DNA of 12,005 nt from Candidatus Methylomirabilis sp. (GTDB lineage Bacteria > Methylomirabilota > Methylomirabilia > Methylomirabilales > Methylomirabilaceae). The notes under the pieces were generated by a model that saw only the letters and a program-made list of their open reading frames with translations, ran no database searches and was not told where the DNA came from. This document shows positions 1-7,134 of the stretch, one piece after another. The first letter of the stretch is position 1; each line of letters begins with the position of its first letter. Made by a program: the position numbers and the translations under genes. The stretch lies in contig JBGQJI010000074.1 in assembly GCA_041498975.1 (NCBI GenBank), positions 1-12,005 on the forward strand, read 5' to 3'.

Positions 1-197
1 ACGCCGGCGTCCTTCAGGGCCCTCGCAATCGTGAGGGCGCCGGTCTGCGGCCTGATCCACACGATGCGCGGGGCCCCGCCGGTGGATCCAACCGGGCGGA
101 TGAGGATGTACCAGAGTGAGCCTCCCCCCACCAGCAGAGAAAGGTACAGGGCCAGGGCCCGCACCGGTAGCGGAGGCGTCTTCGGTGACGCGCTCAC
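1..197 (-). CDS. mltG: Endolytic transglycosylase MltG (YceG), N-terminal part; continues beyond the window edge
   Basis: Not in the ORF track. GTG at 197 overlaps the ruvX stop (GTGA). My translation is MSASPKTPPLPVRALALYLSLLVGGGSLWYILIRPVGSTGGAPRIVWIRPQTGALTIARALKDAGV: one TM helix, then the MltG-type 'V.I..g....IA..L...GV' segment. ruvX-mltG adjacency is common. Confidence 0.8.
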   Translation of the reverse strand, partial: MSASPKTPPLPVRALALYLSLLVGGGSLWYILIRPVGSTGGAPRIVWIRPQTGALTIARALKDAG

Positions 198-628
198 GAG
201 GGCCGATCCTTCTGGTGGTGGCAGCGGTCGAGAAAGCCTTGGAGGATAAGGACGGCGGCCATCTGATCGACGGCGCGCTTGCGCTTGGCTCGCCGCACAT
301 CCGCCTCGATCAGCAGGCGCTCGGCGGCCTGGCTGGTGAGCCGCTCATCCCACATCGTCACCTTGACACGGCCCCCCTCTTCCAGCCGCCTTGCAAACGC
401 GAGGGTCTTTTCCGCCGCGGGACCGATGGTTCCGTCCATGTTCTTCGGAAGCCCCACGACCACCTCTGTAACGCCGTAGCGATCGATCAGCGCTCGGATC
501 GCGAGGAGGGCGTCGTCCTCCGTTGGGGGCTCGAGCGTCGGGAGGCCCTGGGCCGTGAGCCCCAGCTCGTCGCTCACCGCGACTCCAATCCGGCGCGTCC
601 CGAGATCGACCCCAAGGTATCGTAGCAC
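194..628 (-). CDS. ruvX: YqgF/RuvX RNase H-fold nuclease (pre-16S rRNA processing / putative Holliday junction resolvase)
   Basis: Motifs YLGVDLGTRRIGVAVSD, VVGLPKNMDG, WDERLTS and VDQMAAVLILQGFLD; 144 aa. Confidence 0.95.
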   Translation of the reverse strand: MLRYLGVDLGTRRIGVAVSDELGLTAQGLPTLEPPTEDDALLAIRALIDRYGVTEVVVGLPKNMDGTIGPAAEKTLAFARRLEEGGRVKVTMWDERLTSQAAERLLIEADVRRAKRKRAVDQMAAVLILQGFLDRCHHQKDRPS

Positions 629-646
629 TACTCCGTCAGTCTCCCC

Positions 647-674
647 TTGACCGCGTGAGAAATCCGGTCACAAT
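647..674 (+). promoter_or_regulatory. Putative sigma70 promoter for the HhH-GPD gene (possibly a leaderless mRNA)
   Basis: TTGACC (647-652), 16 bp, CACAAT (669-674). Predicted +1 is about 681-682, at an ATG with no SD. Confidence 0.35.
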
Positions 675-681
675 GGTGGGC

Positions 682-1410
682 ATGGGAAAACCATCGACCC
701 GCCGGAGGCTTCTGTCGCTCTACCAGCACCTCCTTCGCCGGTTTGGCCCGCAGCGCTGGTGGCCCGCCCGCTCCCGGTTCGAGGTCATCGTCGGCGCCAT
801 CCTGACCCAGAATACCGCCTGGGCCAACGTCGCGCGAGCCATCGCGGCCATGCGATCCGAACGCTTCCTCAATCCCAGAGCAATCGATGCCGCGCCGCAC
901 GGGAGGCTCGCCCGGCTCATCCGGTCATCGGGATATTATAACATGAAGGCGGGACGCCTCAAAGAGTTCACCCGCTTCTTGATGAGGCGCTACGGCGGGA
1001 GTTTGCAGCGGATGTTCCGGACGGATCTGGCCAGCCTGCGGGATGAGCTACTCGCGGTTTCAGGGATTGGGGAGGAGACGGCCGACTCCATCCTGCTTTA
1101 CGGAGGCAACCGACCGATCTTCGTGGTGGACGCCTACACCCGCCGGGTGCTCGAGCGGCACGGCTTGACGATGAAGGGAACCAAATACGGCGAGATCCAG
1201 CGGCTCTTCATGGACCACCTGCCGGCCGACCCCGCCCTCTTTAACGAGTATCATGCCCTGCTGGTGGCCGTCGGAAAGGAATACTGTCGGAGAACGCCAC
1301 GCTGTGAAGCATGCCCCCTCCGGTACGACCTCCCGAAAGGAACTACCCTTTCTGGCGGGCCCAGAGCAGGTTATAGCCCTCCACGAACGCGTTCACCGAG
1401 GCGACGATGA
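682..1410 (+). CDS. HhH-GPD superfamily DNA glycosylase, endonuclease III-related (COG2231/MJ1434-like)
   Basis: WWPA..FEVIVGAILTQNTAW, HhH LLAVSGIGEETADSILLY, VVDAYTRR and C-terminal C-x5-C-x2-C. Start is uncertain (655, 673 or 682). The 3' end overlaps the convergent thrC by 68 nt. Confidence 0.9.
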   Translation: MGKPSTRRRLLSLYQHLLRRFGPQRWWPARSRFEVIVGAILTQNTAWANVARAIAAMRSERFLNPRAIDAAPHGRLARLIRSSGYYNMKAGRLKEFTRFLMRRYGGSLQRMFRTDLASLRDELLAVSGIGEETADSILLYGGNRPIFVVDAYTRRVLERHGLTMKGTKYGEIQRLFMDHLPADPALFNEYHALLVAVGKEYCRRTPRCEACPLRYDLPKGTTLSGGPRAGYSPPRTRSPRRR

Positions 1411-3199
1411 TGTCAGGGGAGGTGCCGGTTGCCACCACCCGGTTCCCCTCGGCATCCTTCATCACGATGGTGGTTTCCACCGAGGCATCCGTCCCCGGCG
1501 AGTTGATTTCGACATTATAGTCGATCAACTCGAAGAACAGCCTGCCACGGGTCAGCGCCGCTTGCTTCAGGGCATTGATGACCGCGGCCACCGGGCCCAC
1601 GCCCAGAGCGGTCGCCTCAACCTTCTCGCCATCGAAGAGGACCCGGACGGCCGCCTCCGCCTGGCCATGGAGCGAGGTCGAGACCCTGAAGTCCTCCACC
1701 GCCAGGACGGGCTCGTGGTCCGAAAGACCTTTGAGCACATTCTCGACGATGTACTGCAGATCAGCCTTGGTGATCGGCTTGCCCTTCTTCACGAACTCTT
1801 CGATCATGGATCTGACCTTGGCGCCGTACTCTGAGGTCAGCTTGACCCCCAGCTCCTGCCGCACCCGGGTGGTGACCTCGGCCAAGGACGGGGCCTGCTC
1901 GAAGAGATTCTTGTCCCCGTTCTTGGCGCCCGCGGCCCTGATCTCGTAGAGCCGCAACTTCAGGAACTTCTCGACCTCCTGCATCGAAGGATCGATGGTG
2001 GCCGGCGACGGCAGGACCCGTAGGGCCGCCTTGGGGTCTTTGAGCCCGTTGCCAGTGGCGAGGCAGACCACCGACTCGTCCGGCCTGACGCGCCCGCTGC
2101 TGAGCAACGGGATCAAGGCCCCGACGGGAAGCGCGCCCGACGGCTCGACAAAGATCGACTCCTGCCGCGCGATCTTCTGCTGCGCCTCCAGGATCTCGCC
2201 GTCGGTCAGCGCAAGACCACATCCGCCCGATTCGCGGAGCGCAGCCAGCGCCTTCAACCCATCCAACGGATCGCCCGCCATCAACGCCGAGGCGACCGAC
2301 TCCGGCTTCTTGACCGGCACGATGTCATCCCGTCCCTGGTTGAAGGCGGCCACGATCGGCTGACAGCCGTCCGGCTGGACGCCGATCATCCTGGGCAGGG
2401 ACGAGATCAATCCCATCTCGTGAAACTCTTTGAACCCCTTCCAAAGGGCGGCGATGTTGGTTCCGCACCCCATGGGGACGATGACGACGGACGGCGCCTG
2501 CCACTCCAACTGTTCCACGATCTCAAACGCCTGCGACTTCTGCCCCTCCACGCGGAAGGCGTAATCACCTGCCAGGTAGTAGCCGTACCGCTTGCTCATC
2601 TGCTCGGCGAGGGTCGCGGCATCATTGTACGTCCCCCGGACCTGGAGGACCCTGGCTCCATAGGAAAGGGCCTGGGACATCTTCCCGATCGGGGTCCCCT
2701 CCGGCACCGTCACATAGCAGGGCAGCCCGGCGATCGAAGCATAGGCGGCGACAGATCCGGCCATATTCCCGGTGGAAGCCACGCAGATCGCCTTGGCTCC
2801 CTGCTCCTTGGCCTTGGTGATTTCGACCAGCGTCCCCCGATCCTTGAAGACCCCGGTCGGATTCAGGCCCTCGTTCTTGATATAGAGCTGCTTGAAGCCC
2901 AGGTCGTCCGCGAGCCGATGGCAGCGGTACAGCGGGGTCCCGCCTTCGTCAAGAGAGACCACCAGATCCAGGTTGAGGATCGGGTAGAAGTCGAGGTATT
3001 TCAGCGCCTTGATCGGAGAGGTCTTGAGCGAGTACCGGTTGAGGCGGGCCCTGATGTGGGCGTAGTCATAGCGGACAGCCAGCGGCTTGCCGCAGCTTGG
3101 GCAGCGAGTGCTGCTCTCCTGCTCGGCGCAGGTCTTGCCGCACACGATGCAGTACAGCTCATAAAACCTGGTTTCTAAGCGCCTTCCTCTCGCAGCCAT
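1343..3199 (-). CDS. thrC: Threonine synthase (fold-type II PLP enzyme) fused to a C-terminal LeuA/CimA-type allosteric dimerisation domain, 618 aa
   Basis: N-terminal CxxC..CxxC ribbon, LDEGGTPL, KNEGLNPTGVFKDRG (PLP Lys), ASTGN, EGQKS, EPSGA and TGNGLKDP. C-terminus has GVGPVAA..LIDYNV..GTDA..GTSPDIIVAS..GYN. ATG at 3199 has a GGAGG SD; the ORF-track start at 3262 lies inside a promoter. Confidence 0.88.
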   Translation of the reverse strand: MAARGRRLETRFYELYCIVCGKTCAEQESSTRCPSCGKPLAVRYDYAHIRARLNRYSLKTSPIKALKYLDFYPILNLDLVVSLDEGGTPLYRCHRLADDLGFKQLYIKNEGLNPTGVFKDRGTLVEITKAKEQGAKAICVASTGNMAGSVAAYASIAGLPCYVTVPEGTPIGKMSQALSYGARVLQVRGTYNDAATLAEQMSKRYGYYLAGDYAFRVEGQKSQAFEIVEQLEWQAPSVVIVPMGCGTNIAALWKGFKEFHEMGLISSLPRMIGVQPDGCQPIVAAFNQGRDDIVPVKKPESVASALMAGDPLDGLKALAALRESGGCGLALTDGEILEAQQKIARQESIFVEPSGALPVGALIPLLSSGRVRPDESVVCLATGNGLKDPKAALRVLPSPATIDPSMQEVEKFLKLRLYEIRAAGAKNGDKNLFEQAPSLAEVTTRVRQELGVKLTSEYGAKVRSMIEEFVKKGKPITKADLQYIVENVLKGLSDHEPVLAVEDFRVSTSLHGQAEAAVRVLFDGEKVEATALGVGPVAAVINALKQAALTRGRLFFELIDYNVEINSPGTDASVETTIVMKDAEGNRVVATGTSPDIIVASVNAFVEGYNLLWARQKG

Positions 3200-3239
3200 C
3201 GACCCTCCTGCACCTTCGACTCCAAGGCGAAACCGGATG

Positions 3240-3269
3240 ATTCTAGCGGGGCTCCTCGGCAAACGTCAA
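3240..3269 (-). promoter_or_regulatory. sigma70-type promoter of the thrC fusion gene
   Basis: Minus strand: TTGACG (3269-3264), 18 bp, TAGAAT (3245-3240). Confidence 0.6.
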
Positions 3270-3296
3270 GACTTTTCCAGGGTTGAGGTGGTGCTC

Positions 3297-3671
3297 TTAC
3301 TCGTACCCGGCCTCTTCCAGCTCATCCTCAGAGAGCCCGAAATGGTGGCCGATCTCGTGCATCAGAGTGGTCCGTATCTGCTCCCGGACCTGACGCTTGG
3401 TCCGGCAGGCCTCCTCGATCGATCGCTGGTACAGGGTGATCTTGTCGGGCAGGACCAGTCCGTACCAGCTCCCCCGCTCCGTGAGCGGCGTGCCGGTGTA
3501 GAGACCAAAGAGCGTCTCCGGCGGTTCGACCCCGGCCATGGCCAGTTCCTCGCGTGTGGGTCGATCCTCGACCACCACCTCGACGTTCTGCAGGCGCTCA
3601 GCCACCTGGGGCGGAAGCGAGGCGATCGCCTCAGAGACCAGCCGCCGGAATTCCTGACGGCTCAGGACCAT
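3297..3671 (-). CDS. Minimal zincin-like metallopeptidase (Zincin_1/DUF1025 type)
   Basis: NVEVVVED, LFGLYTGTPL, PDKITLYQRSI and HEIGHHFG (HExxH); 124 aa. Confidence 0.9.
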   Translation of the reverse strand: MVLSRQEFRRLVSEAIASLPPQVAERLQNVEVVVEDRPTREELAMAGVEPPETLFGLYTGTPLTERGSWYGLVLPDKITLYQRSIEEACRTKRQVREQIRTTLMHEIGHHFGLSEDELEEAGYE

Positions 3672-3683
3672 TGCCCGTTCGAT

Positions 3684-3706
3684 CCTTCGACAGGCTCAGG
3701 ACAGGC
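3684..3706. repeat. REP-like repeat (CCTTCGAC..GCTCAGGAC family)
   Basis: ccttcgacaggctcaggacaggc. A near-identical inverted copy lies at 4488-4511, and ggctcaggac also occurs at 3659-3668. Confidence 0.7.
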
Positions 3707-3711
3707 GCCGC

Positions 3712-4407
3712 TCACGACAGACGCTCTCTCCGGTCGAACTGTTCACTGCGCCGCTTGAGCGGAATCACCATGAGGAGGCCCGCCACAAACCCGCCGATAT
3801 GGGCGAACCAGGCGACACCGCCCGCCTCATCGGCCGGGGTGAACACACCGCTCAGGACCTGGACGACGATCCAGAACCCCAGGACGAAAAGGACCGGGAT
3901 CTCGACCAGACGGATGAACCACCCGAAGAAAATGAGGGTCACGACCCGAGCATGGGGGAAGAGCAGAAGATACGCTCCCAGAACGCCGGAGATCGCCCCA
4001 CTCGCGCCGATCATCGGCACCCGCGAAACGGGGTTGGACAGGATCTGAGCGGCGGCAGCGGCCAGTCCAGACAGGAGATAGAAGATCAAGAAACGGAGGC
4101 GCCCCATCCTGTCTTCCACATTGTCGCCGAAGATCCAGAGGTAGAGCATGTTCCCGGCGATGTGGAACAGGCCCCCATGGACGAACATCGAAGTGAGGAC
4201 CGTCGCATAGACCGGGACGGGATGACTGACCAGCAAGTCGCCACTGCTGATCTCCAGGGGGATGAGGCCGTAGGCGTAGACAAACCGGCCTGCCGCCCTT
4301 GGAGCCAACGTCAACTGATTCAAGAAGACGAGGATGTTGACGATGATGATCCCGATCGTCACAATCGGGGCTCGTTGGGAGGGGATGTTGTCCCGGAGGG
4401 GGATCAT
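3712..4407 (-). CDS. Rhomboid family intramembrane serine protease
   Basis: MIPLRD N-terminus, HGGLFHIAGNMLYLWIFGDNVEDRMG, catalytic GASG and WFAHIGGF; multiple TM helices. Confidence 0.95.
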   Translation of the reverse strand: MIPLRDNIPSQRAPIVTIGIIIVNILVFLNQLTLAPRAAGRFVYAYGLIPLEISSGDLLVSHPVPVYATVLTSMFVHGGLFHIAGNMLYLWIFGDNVEDRMGRLRFLIFYLLSGLAAAAAQILSNPVSRVPMIGASGAISGVLGAYLLLFPHARVVTLIFFGWFIRLVEIPVLFVLGFWIVVQVLSGVFTPADEAGGVAWFAHIGGFVAGLLMVIPLKRRSEQFDRRERLS

Positions 4408-4418
4408 AGAAGCTCAAC

Positions 4419-4651
4419 TATTACTAACGGATCAAATAGGGTGTCATTGCGAAGGAACGAAGTGACTGAAGCAATCTGACCTGAAAGGCCTGTCCTGAGC
4501 CGAGTCGAAGGGTCATTCCGAGCGAAGCGAAGCGAGGAATCTCGGAGAGATTGCTTCGGCTGCGCCTCGCAACGACACTGCGTGTCGGATTGCCGCGCTC
4601 CCGTTGGTCGCTCGCAATGACAAAGGAATAACATTTGATCCGTTTGCTCTA
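4419..4651. mobile_element. MITE-like element with TA ends and a cargo of REP palindromes
   Basis: Perfect 12-bp inverted repeat aacggatcaaat (4426-4437) / atttgatccgtt (4633-4644), with symmetric TA at 4419-4420 and 4650-4651. Nested IRs: tgtcattgcga (4442-4452) / tcgcaatgaca (4612-4622) and gaagcaatct (4468-4477) / agattgcttc (4548-4557). Confidence 0.65.
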
Positions 4652-4665
4652 GAAAGGCGACAGGG

Positions 4666-4714
4666 GTTCACAGTTCACGGTTCACAGTTGATAGTTCAGA
4701 ACTCAGAGCTAAGA
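4666..4714. repeat. Degenerate heptamer tandem repeat
   Basis: gttcaca gttcacg gttcaca gttgata gttcaga actcaga gctaaga. Confidence 0.75.
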
Positions 4715-4773
4715 TGGGTTCTTCAGGATATCGTATGGGCAACTGGGTTGTCGGTTACTTCGCCATCCGAGCC

Positions 4774-4826
4774 GTAGGGGCGCTGCTCGCTGCGCCCTCT
4801 TAGGGCAGGGCTAGCCCTGCCCCTAC
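4774..4826. repeat. Inverted doublet of GTAG-type REP sequences (REPIN/BIME-like)
   Basis: gtaggggcgctgctcgctgcgccct (4774-4798) faces agggcagggctagccctgcccctac (4802-4826). Each is GTAG followed by a short palindrome. Confidence 0.75.
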
Positions 4827-4833
4827 ACTGGAA

Positions 4834-4857
4834 GTTGACCGCTGATAGCTGATAGCT
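4834..4857. repeat. Short heptamer tandem repeat
   Basis: gttgacc gctgata gctgata gct, immediately after the pcm stop. Confidence 0.6.
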
Positions 4858-4861
4858 CTCC

Positions 4862-5611
4862 TTACCGCCCCCCGTTCTGCACGGCGCCCTTCCCTGTGAG
4901 TGGCACGAACAGCACGGGGGCGATCGATCTTGTCTGCAATTTCCCGCCATGCTTCTCCCCGAGGATCAGGTCCTGCGTGGCCCTCGCTCCCCCCACCGGG
5001 ATCGCCATCCGTCCCCCTTCGCGGAGTTGCTCGATCAGCGGGGGCGGGATAAACGGCGCGCCGGCGGTGACCAGGATCCCGTCGAAAGGAGCGAACTCGC
5101 GCCAGCCTTCGTAGCCGTCCCCCTGGCGGACGTGGACGTTCCGATACCCAAGGGCCTCCAGGTGGGCGCGGGCCCCTTCTGCCAGCGACGGGATGATCTC
5201 GACGGTGTAGACCTCAGCGGCCAGTTCCGCCAGGACAGCAGCCTGATAGCCGGAGCCCGTCCCGACCTCGAGGATTCGATGGGACGGCTGCACCTGAAGG
5301 AGCTGGGTCATGAGGGCGACGATATAGGGCTGAGAAATCGTCTGTCCCGCCCCGATGGAGAGGGGACGATCCTCGTACGCGTACCGTTCCAGGGAGGGCT
5401 CAATGAAGAGGTGACGAGGCACCTTCCCCATAGCCGCCAGGACCCTCTGGTCAACGATATCACGCGCTTTGAGTTGCTCGTCCACCATCCGCCGGCGCGC
5501 GACTTCGGCGGTTTCATCCTGGTTCGCCATGCATCCCACCGGAACAACCAGGCCTAAGAACGCTGCGAGGACGAGCCGGCGCCATCGGGAAACGACGACA
5601 CATGTCTTCAT
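4862..5611 (-). CDS. pcm: Protein-L-isoaspartate(D-aspartate) O-methyltransferase with an N-terminal signal-like extension
   Basis: VPRHLF, AYEDRPLSIGAGQTISQPYIVALM, ILEVGTGSGYQAAVLA, GDGYEGW..APFDGILVTAG and VLFVPL. Confidence 0.95.
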   Translation of the reverse strand: MKTCVVVSRWRRLVLAAFLGLVVPVGCMANQDETAEVARRRMVDEQLKARDIVDQRVLAAMGKVPRHLFIEPSLERYAYEDRPLSIGAGQTISQPYIVALMTQLLQVQPSHRILEVGTGSGYQAAVLAELAAEVYTVEIIPSLAEGARAHLEALGYRNVHVRQGDGYEGWREFAPFDGILVTAGAPFIPPPLIEQLREGGRMAIPVGGARATQDLILGEKHGGKLQTRSIAPVLFVPLTGKGAVQNGGR

Positions 5612-5732
5612 GGCTCCTCAGCACGCCATTCCACGGTCAAGAGGCGCAAGCCGTCTCGACCTACAGGGTTGTGCGGCACACTCACTGAACGCACGACCGA
5701 TCATCGACATCACTCTCAGACTCCTGCCCGGC

Positions 5733-5772
5733 AAAATAGAAAAGCCCCGATCCCGCGTGGAGGGTCAGGGCT
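5733..5772 (-). terminator. Rho-independent terminator downstream of the sigma factor gene
   Basis: Minus strand: agccctgaccct-ccacgc-gggatcggggct hairpin followed by tttctatttt. Confidence 0.7.
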
Positions 5773-5851
5773 CATCGGTTCACCCGTGATCCGATTCAAA
5801 GGAAATGTAACACCCGCAAAGGTTGGTTGATTGGACTCAGTGGGTCAATAC

Positions 5852-6712
5852 TCAGTTCAAGTAATCCTTGAGGTGTCTGGACTTCGCCATCATCCGTAAC
5901 TTCTGCTTGGCCCGCTCCTCGATCTGTCGGACACGCTCCCTGGAGAGCTTGAGCCGCTTCCCAACCGCGTCCAGGGTCATGGCGTCCTCCTCCCCCAGCC
6001 CGAATCGCAGCTCGACGATGAGCCGCTCTCTCGGGGCGAGCCTCGCCAGCATCCGCTCCACCTCTTCCCGGAACGATCTCCGGATCAGCTCGTGGTCAGC
6101 AGGAGGGAGCTGCCTCGATTCATACAGCTCCATGCCGATCCGCTGCTCAAGCCCGATCTCATCGCTGAAAAATGGCCCCTGTCTCCCCGGACGCAACATC
6201 CCTTCCAGATCGCCCGCATTGACGTCCAATTCCTCGGCTACCTCCGAGTCGGTCGCCTCCGCCTGGAGCTGCTGCGAGAGATCGGCGCGAACGTCGCTCA
6301 GGTGGGAGGCGAGACGGGCCTTCCGGAGCGGGATCTTCACCGCTCCGCCGCCGGCGGCCAGGGCCTGCATAATCGCCTGCCGGATCCACCAGACGGCATA
6401 GGTGATGAACTTGACGTTGTAAGCCGGGGAGTAACGGCGCGCCGCTTCGAGCACGCCGACATTCCCTTCATTGATCAGGTCCTGCAGCGAGAGACCGCAC
6501 CCTCTGTACCGGAGGGCCACCTTGACGACGAAGCGAAGGTTTGCCTCCACCAGCCGCTTCAGGGCCCGCTCGTCCCCGCGTTGGATCGCGGTGGCCAGCT
6601 CGACCTCTTCCGTCTTGGGGAGAAGACGGAACTGGCCGATTCGCTTCAGATACGCGCCCAAGGCATCGTCGGACACCTTCTCGTAGAAATTGGGAGACGG
6701 TCCCTTCGGCAC
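5852..6712 (-). CDS. Alternative sigma70-family RNA polymerase sigma factor (regions 1.2-4, no region 1.1; RpoS/RpoH-sized)
   Basis: LGAYLKRIG, LVEANLRFVVKVA, DLINEGNVG, KFITYAVWWIRQAI and MTLDAVG..LSRERVRQIE. GTG at 6712 has SD GAGGTG 7 nt upstream; the ORF track starts at 6769. Confidence 0.93.
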   Translation of the reverse strand: MPKGPSPNFYEKVSDDALGAYLKRIGQFRLLPKTEEVELATAIQRGDERALKRLVEANLRFVVKVALRYRGCGLSLQDLINEGNVGVLEAARRYSPAYNVKFITYAVWWIRQAIMQALAAGGGAVKIPLRKARLASHLSDVRADLSQQLQAEATDSEVAEELDVNAGDLEGMLRPGRQGPFFSDEIGLEQRIGMELYESRQLPPADHELIRRSFREEVERMLARLAPRERLIVELRFGLGEEDAMTLDAVGKRLKLSRERVRQIEERAKQKLRMMAKSRHLKDYLN

Positions 6713-6781
6713 GGCGATCCACCTCTGTGATGAGCGCATATGCACGTGCGCTATGGCTGGGCTACGCATCTTCGAACCTTC

Positions 6782-6810
6782 AGATTACCACACCGGTCAT
6801 AGATTGTCAA
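6782..6810 (-). promoter_or_regulatory. sigma70 promoter of the sigma factor gene
   Basis: Minus strand: TTGACA (6810-6805), 17 bp ending in TGG (extended -10), TAATCT (6787-6782). Confidence 0.75.
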
Positions 6811-6826
6811 AACCGCCATAGATGCC

Positions 6827-7134
6827 GAGTACGCGACAAATTTGTGGGTTTCCTTTCGTCAGTCTCAGCCCCTTTACCCTCCATTCGCGCTGAGGAGGCC
6901 GCGTCTTTTTGGCGGCCGTCTCGAAGCGCGTCGGCAGCGCCCAGATCGCGGCCCTGGTGCGGGTTGCCAGGATGCGGCCCGCCCTTCGAGACGCGGCCTG
7001 AAAAGAGGGCCGCTCCTCAGGGTGAACGAGTTTGAAGCGGCCGCGTGGGATGTCATCTGATAGTACTGGTCCTGTCAGATCGGTACGGATTCACAAGGTC
7101 TGCGGCACTTTCCCTACAAATTTCACGCACACCC
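6827..7134. mobile_element. 308-bp non-autonomous element (MITE), Mutator-like (ISLre2/IS256-type) ends
   Basis: 9-bp direct repeat atagatgcc at 6818-6826 and 7135-7143. Gap-free terminal IRs gagtacgcgacaaatttgtggg versus gggtgtgcgtgaaatttgtagg (16/22). No transposase ORF. Confidence 0.75.
6884..7026. repeat. Inverted pair of REP-like palindromes (CTGAGGAG..TCTCGAAG family) inside the MITE
   Basis: ctgaggag (6890-6897)..cgtctcgaag (6917-6926) is mirrored by cttcgagacg (6984-6993)..ctcctcag (7013-7020). Each unit has an internal ggccgc hairpin. Confidence 0.75.

Noticed and set aside
3200..3262. 21-codon N-terminal extension of thrC in the ORF track
   Set aside because: The TTG start lies inside the predicted promoter, and ATG 3199 has a good SD.
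4440..4860. Possible CRISPR array
   Set aside because: The repeats are inverted and heterogeneous, with no constant repeat-spacer period and no cas genes.
4404..4950. ORFs 4404-4634 and 4723-4950
   Set aside because: Translations of REP and heptamer repeats (CHCE.., PSTRLRT, YQLSA).
5774..5851. Second hairpin (atcggttcac/gtgatccgat) in the sigma 3' UTR as an sRNA or riboswitch
   Set aside because: No recognisable family motif; it cannot be distinguished from ordinary UTR structure.
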